Source: Octopus bimaculoides
Lineage: Eukaryota
Direction: 5' to 3'
NCBI RefSeq assembly: GCF_001194135.2
Contig: NC_068996.1
Coordinates: 30,675,749 to 30,723,013 of the forward strand
Length of the DNA stretch: 47,265 bases
Part shown: piece after piece, positions 36,318 through 47,265 of the stretch
Layout of the letters: each line of letters opens with the position of its first letter
Position numbering within the stretch: the stretch's first letter is position 1
Notes under the pieces: model-generated
The model's input: only the letters and a program-made list of their open reading frames with translations
Told to the model about the DNA's origin: nothing
The model's database searches: none
Made by a program: the position numbers and the translations under genes

Positions 36318-36591
36318 ATTTGTTGTATATGTGTGTACAAATATATATATATAAAGTGAAGAAGTGAGAAAGTGGGAGGGGATATGTGTAAGAGTGTGTG
36401 TGTGTTGTTAGAGCGATACATATATCTTGTGTTGGTATGTATAAGTGCATGAAAAAAAACAGTTGGTCAGTGTGCAGAGTTAATTTTAGAGTGGATCATG
36501 TCTCACTTCAAGAGTTTTACAGTCTGGTAAAGAGTGTTTGTTGAGCATAAAAAAAGAGTTAAAACTCAGATATTGTTTTGAAAGTTCACAC
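36318..36591 (-). other. Inferred 5' UTR part of the giant exon
   Basis: Strong acceptor (T-rich pyrimidine tract ending TTTTGTTTTCAG|G) at 36592/36591. The nearest in-frame upstream ATG (36548) is closed by a stop before 36317. Confidence 0.55.
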
Positions 36592-36803
36592 CTGAAAACA
36601 AAAGAAAAAAAAGTTGATCTTAAAGATGAGAAACTAGAGATCAGATCTCAAAGATTAGAATGGGTCATGTTACTACAAAAGAAAAATAAATTACACATCT
36701 AGAAAAAGGAAAAGATTGGTCCTTAAGAAAGATAAACTTGAGTGTGTTTCAAAGAATTACATTTTAATTATTTCAATTCACATACTTAAAAGAAAGAGAG
36801 GGG

Positions 36804-36805
<2 letters not shown>

Positions 36806-36845
<40 letters not shown>
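36806..36845. repeat. (GA)n microsatellite
   Basis: Directly visible. Confidence 0.92.
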
Positions 36846-36864
36846 AAGTATGGAAAAGGCTCAC

Positions 36865-36972
36865 CTGTAAAAAGTGGGGAAAGTAACTATGATTAGAGTA
36901 GGTTGTGAGAAAGCTCACATTTCGCCTTGAACACGAAATTGGTCATACCTCGTTCCAAATGGGTTTCACACC
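36865..36972 (-). other. Putative 108-nt non-coding upstream exon of ANKRD50
   Basis: Acceptor (T)nACAG|G at 36973/36972 and consensus donor CAG|GTGAGC at 36865/36864. This gives a 273-nt intron to the 36591 acceptor. Confidence 0.5.
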
Positions 36973-37123
36973 CTGTAAAAAAAATAATATAAGAAAAATA
37001 AATAAACCAAAAACTGGGTAACCATTAGTCAATATAATAAATGGAAAAATATATGACAAATACAAGATCCTACATAAAATAATCTTAAACTAATATGGAG
37101 CTATATTTTTTAAAATGTGTGTA

Positions 37124-38322
37124 CGAGGTTTGTTCATTAAAGATTTCCCCTGCCCAACTTCCAGTTATTGCAGGAAACAGAACTTGCACAGGTATAATCA
37201 TACATGTCTCTACATGTCACATTGTAAATTGCAGCTTTCCACTAGTATTCGGTTGTCTTTTATGGCTGCTAAAGTGGACTAAGGTGTTAGAATGGAGGCA
37301 GTTGAAAGTACATCTGTGATGAGGTTCTTATACTTGGTAGGTTGTACACCAAAAGAGACTTTCGGCGAGATGAAAAAAGTTTACAGTGATGATGCATCAT
37401 CATACGACATAGTCAAGTACTGGAATCGCCAGTTCAAATGTGGTCAGACATCAGTGGAAACTGCTCCCTTTCCTGGATTACCACATTCTGCTATTGATGA
37501 CGATACCATCCATAAAGTGGAAGTTGCCATTTTGGAGGATCACCGCATAACTATTCAGTAATTAACTTCAAGAGGTGAAGATAAGTGTAGGGTCTATGGA
37601 AAAGTCATTCATGACCATTTGCACATGTGGAAGTTGTCTGCACGGTAGATTCCCTGAATGCTCACACTTTTTCAGAAGGAGGAACGAGTGAATTGCTCCC
37701 AGGCTCTTTTGGCAATGTGTCAAGAAAACGAGGAAGACTTTTTTGGCAGGCTTATCACACAGGATGTCCAACTCTCAGTAGGCAAGGTGGTGCTCACAGT
37801 CTTTTGAGACCAGTACGGAGTAGTGATGATGGATTTTCTGACAAAGAGCACCACAATTAACGGGGAATATTATGCTTCTCTGCTGCAGAAATTGTGGAAC
37901 ACATCAAAACAGAGAGGTGTGGCATACTGACCAAAGGAGTCCACTTCTAAGACAACACCCCAGTTCACAATGCACATGTTGCCCAGATGAAAGCACACTC
38001 TTGTGGTCATGAAATCCTTCCTCATTCCTCTTACTCCCCTGACCTTGCACCATTTGACTTCCACCTCTTTCCAATCATATAGTCTTTTTTAAGGGGAAGC
38101 ACTTTTCAAATGATGATGAACTTATTTCTCAGGTAAAGTCTTGGCTCCAGAAGTAACTTACCAACTTCTACAGACGAGGTCTTCACAACTGCATAAAACA
38201 ATGGAAGAAGTGTGTCATCATTGGTAGTGGCTATGTAGAGAAGGACTAATAATTATGCCAAGTTTCATTTATCCCAGTCATTGGGAGGTGGGTCTGGGGA
38301 AACCTTTAATGAACACCCCTCG
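37124..38322 (+). mobile_element. Mariner transposon, near full length, with a defective transposase
   Basis: 26-bp TIRs (CGAGGTTTGTTCATTAAAGATTTCCC vs reverse complement CGAGGGGTGTTCATTAAAGGTTTCCC, 23/26 match), flanked by TA on both sides. Transposase starts at ATG 37292, with GKVVLTVF and SYSPDLAPFDFHLFP motifs, stops, and an internal deletion near 37770. Confidence 0.92.
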
Positions 38323-38335
38323 TATATACATATAT

Positions 38336-39290
38336 ATCATTATCATCATTATTTAACATCCATTTTCCATATTGGTATGGGTTGAATGGTTTGACAGGAG
38401 CTGGCCAGCTGAAAGGCTGTTCAGGCTCCATGTCTATTTTGGCATGGTTTTTACAGATGGATGCACTTCCTAATGCCAACCACTTTACAGAGTGTACAGG
38501 GTGCTTTTACACAGCACTGGTACAGGTGCTTTTTATATGGCACCAGCATTAATGAGCCCACAAGATCAGGGATGCTCAGCTGGAGAGGATTGCAAGGGAT
38601 GAGCCAGTATGCAAAAGTAACCATGCTTTTACTTAGTTTGACATGTCCTTTGCAGCACAACAAATTGCCAGGAGTCTCAGTCCACCTCATCCCCTCTGTG
38701 AGTTCCAACACCTGTAGATCCTTTCTCACCAATTCGTCCCATGTCTTCCTGGGTCTACCTTTTCCACATGTTCCCTCTACAATTAGAGATCAGCACCTTT
38801 TGATGTAACTGTCTTCCTTCATACACATTACATGACCATACCAGTGCAGTCTGCTCTCTTGCATACTACATCTGATGCCACGTATGCCCAGTTTTTCTCT
38901 CAAATCACTTACACTCAGTCATGTATGCACACTGACATTACTCATCCAGTGAAGTATACTGGTTTCATTTCTTTCAAGCCTTTACACATCCTCAGTAGTC
39001 ACAGGCCATGTCTTACTGCCATGTAGCATAGCTGTTTGTACACAGGTATCATACAATCTGCCTTTTACTCTGAGGGAGAGGCCTTTCGTTACAACAGAGG
39101 TAGTAGCTCTCTGGACATTGCCCAGCCTATTCTTATTCTAGCAGCTATGCTTTCGGAACAACCACCTCTACTAACTTGGTTACCTAAGTAATGGAAACTG
39201 TTTACTACTTCTAGAGACCCCACCTGGCATATGAGGGAGTCTATTTTTGTACATGCCTGGTGTTTAATGTACCTGTGCATCTGCCACATA
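38336..39290 (-). mobile_element. 5'-truncated RTE LINE copy
   Basis: Tail (ATC)n...TTTAAC at 38336. The minus strand reads LEVVNSFHYLGNQV...ESIAARIRIGWAMSRELLPLL, homologous to 46050-46200. Confidence 0.85.
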
Positions 39291-39389
39291 TAAAGATTTC
39301 AGGACAATGTATTAGAGAATATCATGATGTTGTGGGAGTGAAATGTGAATGGCTGGATGATTGTACACATGCACTTAATGATCATGAAA

Positions 39390-40325
39390 TGAAAAAGGCA
39401 TGAAACGTTACTAAATGTGGGCAATGCACGGGAGAAAGAGAGCCTGCTTATTTTGGACCCAACAGAGGTACTAGCTATCCTAGTTAGCTGCAGTATGATG
39501 GATAAAGCAATTGGGGAAATGATAACAGAGAAAACCCCTGGTTCATCAAGAATTACTGCTGAAATGCTTAAAATATTTGGTGGAGTGGGATATGACCTAA
39601 TCACCTGCATAGTTAATCAGGTTGTACAGGAAGGTGTTATACTGGTGTAGTAGAGGAAGATTAACGGAGAAAGTGGACTTGGTGTGTAGCAGATGCACAG
39701 GAACAATGAACACTAAGAACATACAGGAAATAAAATTTTTCAAATGCCCAAGAGAATCCTTAGAGGTAGCTTATAGTTTCAGTTATGTAGGTGACCTACT
39801 TAGCAGTGGAGAAGGTTGTTCTGGAAGTATAGCTGCTTGAATATGAATAGGATAGAGAAAGTTCAGAGAGCTATTACCTTTGTTGGCAATAAATGGTCTC
39901 TCCTTCAGAGTGAAAAGCAGATTAAATGATGCCTGTGTATGGACAGCAATGCTACATAGTTGTGAAACTTATGATGAGAATGCAGAGGACATGTGAAAAC
40001 TAGAAAGCATGTTATAATGGATGTGCAATGTCTGCGTGCATGTGTGACAAAGTATAAATGTGTTGAGAGAAAAATTTGGCATGAAGAGGCGTCAAGTGTG
40101 ATGTGAAGGAGAGAAGAATGTACTGTTATGGTCCTGTGACAACTGTTTAAAGAAGTGCCAATCACTAAAAGTTGAAGGAGCCTATAGAAGAGGAAAACAC
40201 AAGAAATGTAAAATGAAGCAGTGAAAACTGACTTCAAGATGTCAAGCCTCTTGGAGAAGATGACATGGGAATTGAAATGAATGGTGATGTGCTGTTCTTG
40301 AGAAAACATATACATCTCAGCAAAA
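39390..40325 (+). mobile_element. Internally deleted, decayed RTE LINE copy, head-to-head with the previous copy
   Basis: EKESLLILDPTE...GSSRITAEMLKIFGGVGYDLITCIVNQVVQEGV joins directly to RGRLTEKVDLVCSRCTG..., so the RT core is deleted relative to 44665-47232. Confidence 0.75.
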
Positions 40326-40829
40326 ATGAGGTCTAGTCAAGCCTCCTCCCACAACTCATCTAACACCCATTCCTTCATCGACCTTCTGCAGTGGGGGTGT
40401 AAATGATGCCATTTATCTCACGCTGCTCTTCACATTGTATCCCAACTATTGTCATTTGTCACCTTCTCCCCCTTGATCCACATCTGTTTCCTTTCCTAAC
40501 TTCCCCCTCCAATTGATATTTACTGCATCCAACCCAATCCGTCACTCTAGTGCCCTGACCTACCCCCACACTTTTCTTTTCCTCTATCCATAATCTCTGT
40601 CATATTCACATTGTACCTTAAACCTTATATGTCTGTGTTTCTCTTTCTAGATGGGGATGCCATGTATTCACCTCCACAGCAAGGCATTTGCTTCTGTCTC
40701 TCTACCATACTCCTATATCTCTGAATACTATACCTAGCTCAGTTGTGGGGTTGTGTCTTCTGGGTACTTGGTGACTTCACCAGTGCTAGTGGTGCAAAAA
40801 AAAAAAAAAAACTTTATTTATCAAAAAAT

Positions 40830-41400
40830 GCTATGAGGATAAAAATAAACCTTCTTTTCTATAATGTTATTTAATAAAACCACCTTCAGCTTCAACAGCT
40901 GCTTCTATATGAGATCTAAATCATCTCCATGCTCGAATCAAGTGGTCCTGGTTCATTTTGGACATTATTCTCACTATGGCAGCTTTCAAAGAATCTTTGG
41001 TGTTATGGGCATGTTCATTGACCTCTCTTTCAACAACACTCTACATGTAATAGTCCAATGGATTGAGATCTTGGGAATTAGGAGGCAAAATATTAGGGGT
41101 TATGTGATCATGAAAATTTTCAGCCATCTATTCTTGTGTTACTAGAGCCATATGTGATAGTGCAAAGTCTTACTGAAACACATATGGCCTTCTTTTGCAA
41201 ATGCTGTCTATCCAGGGCTTAACAATTATTTCCAGTAGGTGGCAGAGTTAACTCTAAGGCCTTGTGGAAAGAAATAAGGAGGCATCACATGTCCTTCATT
41301 GCTGACAACCCCTAAAACCATGACAGTTGCAGGAAATTTTGTATGCATACCACTTGGAACTTCAGAAAGGCCTTGCACATAACCATCTGTCATTTTTTTC
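40830..41400 (-). mobile_element. Tc1/mariner superfamily DD37D (maT-type) transposase remnant
   Basis: The minus strand reads TKFPATVMVLGVVSNEG...RPYVFQ*DFALSH...PPNSQDLNPLDYY. There are 37 residues between the second and third catalytic Asp (counted by hand). Confidence 0.75.
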
Positions 41401-41735
41401 TGTCAGTGAGAGAAATGAAGTTTACTGTCAGCAACTGTGAGACAATGTCCCACACCCTACAACTCACACTAGCTCTAATTCTATTCTCTTACAACACCAC
41501 TATCTCTCTCTGTGGATTACTACTAAACAATGAAGAGGACACAAACACAAGCTTTACTTTGCATGTTTATGGATCTATTATAACCTGCCCATCGTGGTAA
41601 GGTATTGTAACGTAACGGTAAATAAATATTTTCTTAAAACTTCATGCATTGTTCATCTTTCCCATCCTACAACATGCTGCAATTATAACAACAAATCTTA
41701 CCCGTTACAATTGGTAACTACACAGATTGTTATCG

Positions 41736-41737
<2 letters not shown>

Positions 41738-41783
<46 letters not shown>
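41738..41783. repeat. (CA)n microsatellite
   Basis: Directly visible. Confidence 0.97.
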
Positions 41784-41794
<11 letters not shown>

Positions 41795-41832
41795 CATACA
41801 TACATATATGTACATACATAGGAGTACAGACG

Positions 41833-42225
41833 TAGGAGTGGCTGTGTGGTTTCGGGTTCAGTCCCACTGCATGGCACCTGGGGCAAGTGTCTTCTACTAT
41901 AGCCTCGGGCCGACCAAAGCCTTGTGAGTGGATTTGGTAGACGGAAACTGAAAGAAGCCCATTGTATATATGAATATATATATGTATGTGTGTGTGTGTG
42001 TGTATGTTTGTGTGTATGTTTGTGTGTCTGTGTTTGTCCCCCCCCTCCAACATCACTTGACAACTGACGCTGGTGTGTTTACATCCCTGTAACTTAGCAG
42101 TTCGGCAAAAGGGCGCGATAGAATAAGTACTAGGCTTACAAAGAATAAGTCCTGGGGTCGATTTGCTTGACTAAAGGCGGTGCTCCAGCATGGCCACAGT
42201 CAAATGACTGAAACAAGTAAAAGAG
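41833..42225 (+). mobile_element. Composite SINE: tRNA-like head, (TG)/(TATG) spacer and second module
   Basis: GGAGTGGCTGTGTGG..CGGGTTCAGTCCCACTGC (A/B-box-like). Both modules recur elsewhere in the window. Confidence 0.75.
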
Positions 42226-42234
42226 TAATACTTA

Positions 42235-43525
42235 CATATGCATATATATGCATATATAGGTACAGGATGTCACAAAACGTAAACAACATGAAATACGAAA
42301 ACAACATGAATGATGAAATACGAAGGCAAACTTGGGTATGTAAACAATGAGAGAAGCAAATGGAAAGCAAGATAAGTAACATAAAGAACGACCCTTCATC
42401 AGTTGTTGGCTGTTCATCTATTCCACATTTCGAGCAAGTAACGACAATGTGAGGCTTCGAAAAACAGTTGCTCCAGTGAACCAAAATAAAATTTGGAATT
42501 TGTAGAGGGTCAAAGTTGGTAACAAAAACAGGACAGTGGAGACATACAACAAACCAAACATATCAGATTAGGTAAGGTAGCAAACGCTGGAGGAATATTC
42601 TTTGACAAGAGAAAAGATACAAGAGGAGACAGATAAGAATGACTCTGGTCTGTATGACAGACTGAAGGAAAAGATGATCATGTGAGGAAAAGAAAGATGG
42701 ACGATGGTTATATGTGAGTACTGAGAGAGAGTAAAGGAGGAAATGAGAGAGACAGAGATAGAAAACAGTGAAGGGGAGAAAAAAGAATTAGAGAATGGAT
42801 GAGAGAAAAAAACCAAAGGGGGAGAAGGGAAAAAAAGGATTAGAGAAAGGAAGAGAAAGAAAATGAAAGGGGGAGAGAACAGTACAGGGTAGAGTTGTAT
42901 CAAAATTATGAAGATAAACTTAATTGGAAAGGGATGCATGGCGTTCAATCATATAATATAAATAACATATATATATGCATATATATATATGCATATATAT
43001 ANNNNNNNNNNNNNNNNNNNNNNNNNNNNNNNNNNNNNNNNNNNNNNNNNNNNNNNNNNNNNNNNNNNNNNNNNNNNNNNNNNNNNNNNNNNNNNNNNNN
43101 NNNNNNNNNNNNNNNNNNNNNNNNNNNNNNNNNNNNNNNNNNNNNNNNNNNNNNNNNNNNNNNNNNNNNNNNNNNNNNNNNNNNNNNNNNNNNNNNNNNN
43201 NNNNNNNNNNNNNNNNNNNNNNNNNNNNNNNNNNNNNNNNNNNNNNNNNNNNNNNNNNNNNNNNNNNNNNNNNNNNNNNNNNNNNNNNNNNNNNNNNNNN
43301 NNNNNNNNNNNNNNNNNNNNNNNNNNNNNNNNNNNNNNNNNNNNNNNNNNNNNNNNNNNNNNNNNNNNNNNNNNNNNNNNNNNNNNNNNNNNTAGCGTAA
43401 ACAAGTTTGCCTTCATATTTCTTGTTGTTTTTCTATTTCATAATTCATGTTGTTTACGTTTTGTGACATCCTGTACCCATATATGCATATATATACATAT
43501 ATATGTAAGTATGCACATATATGTT

Positions 43526-43569
<44 letters not shown>

Positions 43570-44279
43570 ATTTATATTATTATATGATTGAACGCCATGC
43601 ATCCCTTTCCAAGTAAGTTTCTCTTAATAATTTTGATGTGACTCTACCCTGTACTGTTCTTTCTCTCCGCCTTTCGTTTCCTCTCACTTCCTTTCTCTAA
43701 TTCTTTTTTCTCCACTTCACCATTTTCTATCTGTCTGTCTGTCTGTCTCTCTCTCTCCCTCTTCCACCTTTACTCTCTCTTGTTGCTCACACATGACCAT
43801 CGTCCATCTAGCTTTTCCTCATGTGATCGTCTTTCTTTTCCTTCATTCTGTCACACAGACCAGACGCATTCTTATCTGTCTCCGCTCCTACCTTTTCTCT
43901 TGTCACAGAATATTCCTCCAGCGTTCATTACCTTACCTCGTTTGGTCTAACGGCCCTCCATGTTTGTGTTCATTTGGTTTGTTGTATGTCTCCACTGTCC
44001 TGTTTTTGTTAACAACATTGACCCTCCTAAAATTCCAAATTTTATTTTGGTTCGTGGGAGCAACTGTTTTTCGAAGCCTCATATTGTCATTAATTGCTCG
44101 AAATATGGAGCAGATGAACAGCTGACAATTTATGAGGAGCTGTTTTTTATGTTACTTGTCTTTTTATGTTACTTCTATTTGTTTCTCTCGTTCGCATACC
44201 TAAGTTTGCCTTCATATTTCTTGTTTTCATATTTCGTAATTCATGTTGTTTACATTCTGTGACGCCCTGTACCCCTATA

Positions 44280-44290
<11 letters not shown>
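42235..44290. repeat. Two inverted copies of an unclassified repeat of about 730 bp (42235-42985 and 43575-44290), plus a partial copy at 43395-43500
   Basis: The copies align as reverse complements throughout (for example TATATGATTGAACGCCATGCATCCCTTTCC and its complement) with many substitutions. The terminus recurs at 24300-24340. Confidence 0.85.
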
Positions 44291-44313
<23 letters not shown>

Positions 44314-44664
44314 NNNNNNNNNNNNNNNNNNNNNNNNNNNNNNNNNNNNNNNNNNNNNNNNNNNNNNNNNNNNNNNNNNNNNNNNNNNNNNNNNNNNNNN
44401 NNNNNNNNNNNNNNNNNNNNNNNNNNNNNNNNNNNNNNNNNNNNNNNNNNNNNNNNNNNNNNNNNNNNNNNNNNNNNNNNNNNNNNNNNNNNNNNNNNNN
44501 NNNNNNNNNNNNNNNNNNNNNNNNNNNNNNNNNNNNNNNNNNNNNNNNNNNNNNNNNNNNNNNNNNNNNNNNNNNNNNNNNNNNNNNNNNNNNNNNNNNN
44601 NNNNNNNNNNNNNNNNNNNNNNNNNNNNNNNNNNNNNNNNNTATATATATATAGGCTTGGAAGG

Positions 44665-47229
44665 ACTGGGAGAACGGTGGTAGCAGGGAATTGTATCGGA
44701 CTGCCAGAAGGGAAGCTAGACGACAAGCTTATTTAGCCAGAGGGGAAGCAGATAAGAAAAAGTTTGCCAATCTTCTGCGCCGTGAGGACCAAAGACTTGA
44801 GGTATTTCGTGTTGCAAGACAGTCTCTGAGAGAGAATCGTGATGTCGTGGGTGAGAAATGTTTTCGCATGGATGATGGTATGCTTGCACTAAACGTGGCT
44901 GCAAAGAAAGAGGTTTGGAGATGCCACTATGAAAGGCTGCTCAATAAAGAGAATGAATGGGAAAAAGAGAGTCTTCCGAATGTCGACCCAACAGAGGGAC
45001 CAGCTATCCGAGTTGACAGTACCATGGTAGATAAAACAATTAAGAGTATGAAGACAGGGAAGGCCCCTGACCCTTCAGGAATCACTGCAGAGATGCTAAA
45101 AATATCTGGTAGTGTCGGCCATAGCCTAGTCACCCGTATTGTTAACCAGGTGATACACAAAGGAGTCATATGCAATGACTGATGTAGCAGTACCTTTACC
45201 ACAAAGGTAAAGGTGACGCTTTAGATACAAATAATTACAGAGGTATCAAGCTTTTACATCAGGTAATGAAAGTCATGGAGAGGGTCATAGCCCAACTACT
45301 TAGAGAGCGAGTCAGTTTAGATGAGATGCAGTTTGGGTTCGTGCCAGGAAAAAGCACCACTGATGCTATATTTCTGGTAAGACAGCTTCAGGAGAAATAC
45401 CTAGCCAAGGATAAACCTCTGTACCTGGCTTTCGTTGACAGAGAAAGCCTTTGACAGGGTCCCCTGATCAATCATCTGGTGGTCAACGAGGAAACTTGGG
45501 ATAGAAGAATGGTTAGTTAGAGCTGTGCGAGCCATGTACAGAGACACTGTCAGTAAGGTGAGGGTTGACAATGAGTACAGTGAAGAATTCCAGGTAGAGG
45601 TAGGGGTCCACCAAGGTTCTGTCCTCAGCCCCCTCCTATTTATCATAGTCCTCCAGGTGATAACAGGAATTCAAGACAGGATGCCCCTGGGAGCTCCTCT
45701 ATGCTGATGACCTTGCACTAATTGCTGAGTCAATATCAGAACTGGAGGAGAAGTTTCAGGAGTGGAAGCAAGGACTAGAACCGAAGGGCCTTAGAGTCAA
45801 CCTCGCTAAAACCAAAGTCCTAATAAGCAGGAAGGTAGACAAAACATAAACCCCTTCAGGTAGATGGCCTTGTTCGATCTGTAGAAAAGGCGTAGGTAGA
45901 AACTCTATAAGATGTACCCAGTGTAAGCTATGAACACATAAGAGGGTGCAACAATATCAAAGGAAGGTTAACTAGGAAGTTAGTTTTTGTATGTAGCAGA
46001 TGTTCAGGAGCTATAAACATTGTAAATGTGCAGAAAACAACTGCGACATTCCAGGGAGAAAAACTAGACGTAGTTGATAGCTTCTGCTATCTAGGTGACC
46101 AAGTTAGAAGTGGGGGAGAGTGCACTGAAAGTGTAGCTGCTAGAATAAGAATAGCCTGGGCAAAGTTCAGAGAGCTCTTACCTCTGCTGGTGACAAAGGG
46201 TCTCCCTCTCAGAGTAAAAGGCAGACTGTATGACGCATGTGTACGAACAGCCATGCTTCATGGCAGTGAAACATGGGCTGTGACTGCTGAAGACATGCGT
46301 AGGCTTGTAAGGAATGAAGCCAGTATCCTCCGATGGATGTGTAATGTCAGTGTGCATACTCGATAGAGTGTAACTACCTTGAGAGAAAAGTGGAACCTAA
46401 GAAGCATCAGTTGTGGTGTGCAAGAGAGATGATTGTGCTAGTATGGTCATGTGGCGAGAATAGATGAGGATAGCTGTGTGAAAAAGTGCCACACCCTAGC
46501 AGTTGAGGGAACCTGGGGAAGAGGTAGGCCCAGGAAGACCTGGGCTGAGGTGGTGAGGCACGACCTTTGAACATTGGGCCTCACTGAGGCGATGACTACT
46601 GACTGAGACCTTTGGAAATATGCTGTGCGTGAGAAAACCCGGCAAGCCAAGTGAGACCTAAATCCAAGGTCTCTGCCAGGGGTGTAGCCAGCCCACTTAT
46701 GCGTACCTTCCTTCATTGGACACTAAACTCCACTTGCGAAGACCTGTTGAGGCAAGTGTAATCGAAATCGAACTAAATTCGATGACTAGCATCCATACCA
46801 ACGTCGTCTCCTTCATTGGACACTAAACTCGGCTTACAAAGAACTGTTGGGGCAAGCGAAAGCGAAATCGTGATGGTACCTGTGCCCAGCGTCACCTTTC
46901 TGGCACTTGTGCCAGTGGCACGTGTAAAGGCATTCGAGCGAGATCATTGCCAGTGCTGTTGGACTGGCTCCTGTGCAGGTGACACGTAAAATACATCATT
47001 TCGAGCATGGCTGTTGCCAGTACCACCTGACTGGCCTTTGTGCCGGTGGCACGCAAAAGCACCCAGTACACTCTCGGAGTGGTTGGCATTAGGAAGGGCA
47101 TCCAGCTGTAGAAACTCTGCCAAATCAGATTAGAGCCTGGTGTAGCCATCTGGTTCACCAGTCCTCAGTCAAATCGTCCAACCCATGCTAGTATGGAAAG
47201 CAGACGTTAAACGACGACGATGATGATGA

Positions 47230-47232
<3 letters not shown>
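44665..47232 (+). mobile_element. RTE-clade LINE, 5' end lost in the gap; RT disrupted by stops and frameshifts; intact 3' UTR and microsatellite tail
   Basis: GKAPDPSGITAEMLK, NYRGIKLL, QFGFVPGKSTTDAIF, GVHQGSVLSPLLF, LLYADDL, AMLHGSETW and GRGRPRKTW. The 3' UTR has a duplication of about 100 bp (46700-46880) and ends CGTTAA(ACG)n(ATG)n. Confidence 0.93.

Positions 47233-47265
<33 letters not shown>

Larger units (their letters stand above)
14038..36972 (-). other. ANKRD50: Gene model: ANKRD50 orthologue, CDS join(36317-26151, 18918-17083, 16137-14038), 4,700 aa
   Basis: Conserved blocks follow the recalled vertebrate ANKRD50 order: LLQGKRFYGREW, GGAGCGKS, LAYHFCQA, EAFRRLVLLPL, LLVVDALDE, LDDLRRSHVVRDVQRYIL, LNQLHIKSNGCMLYLE, LNGLYLWLCQR, FHHSFAEWLLDVKHC, then the ankyrin series. 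Exon lengths are 10167, 1836 and 2100 nt, all multiples of 3, with GT-AG junctions. Small exons hidden in the N-gaps cannot be excluded, but the frame does not need them. Confidence 0.9.

Noticed and set aside
36860-36885. Recursive splice site (pyrimidine tract-CAG|GTGAG)
   Set aside because: More simply explained as the donor of a 108-nt exon that has its own acceptor at 36973. Without RNA data the two cannot be separated.
38336-40325. Head-to-head RTE copies as a single twin-priming 5' inversion
   Set aside because: Both copies contain the same 'SF.YLG...IAARIRI' segment and differ in decay, so they are independent insertions.
24597-44726. Long ORFs filled with X
   Set aside because: They are artefacts of N-gaps.

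Overview
Repeat-rich, AT-rich animal genomic DNA with four N-gaps. The SINE, RTE-LINE and microsatellite content looks like an octopus (coleoid cephalopod) assembly; this is an inference from recalled repeat families. One host gene is present, on the minus strand: an ANKRD50 orthologue (N-terminal P-loop NTPase-like domain plus about 16-17 ankyrin repeats). It has three coding exons, 36317-26151, 18918-17083 and 16137-14038, joined by canonical phase-0 GT-AG introns. The predicted protein is 4,700 aa, about three times the ~1,400-aa vertebrate protein as recalled. The main finding is that the conserved ANKRD50 core is cut into short GC-rich blocks by nine in-frame low-complexity or tandem-repeat insertions totalling about 3,400 aa. 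These include a 13-unit Lys / Asp-Tyr repeat array, His/Cys clusters and two inserts inside ankyrin repeats. Most of them lie in one stop-free 10.2-kb coding exon. A strong internal splice donor, in frame with an overlapping upstream ORF, could give an ankyrin-only isoform. The rest of the window is decayed transposons: a 3'-truncated Ty3/Gypsy element, a Penelope-like RT fragment, several RTE LINE copies (one with a PHD-type finger inside its ORF), mariner and maT elements, SINEs, fold-back inverted repeats and microsatellites. No rRNA, tRNA gene or CRISPR array was seen.
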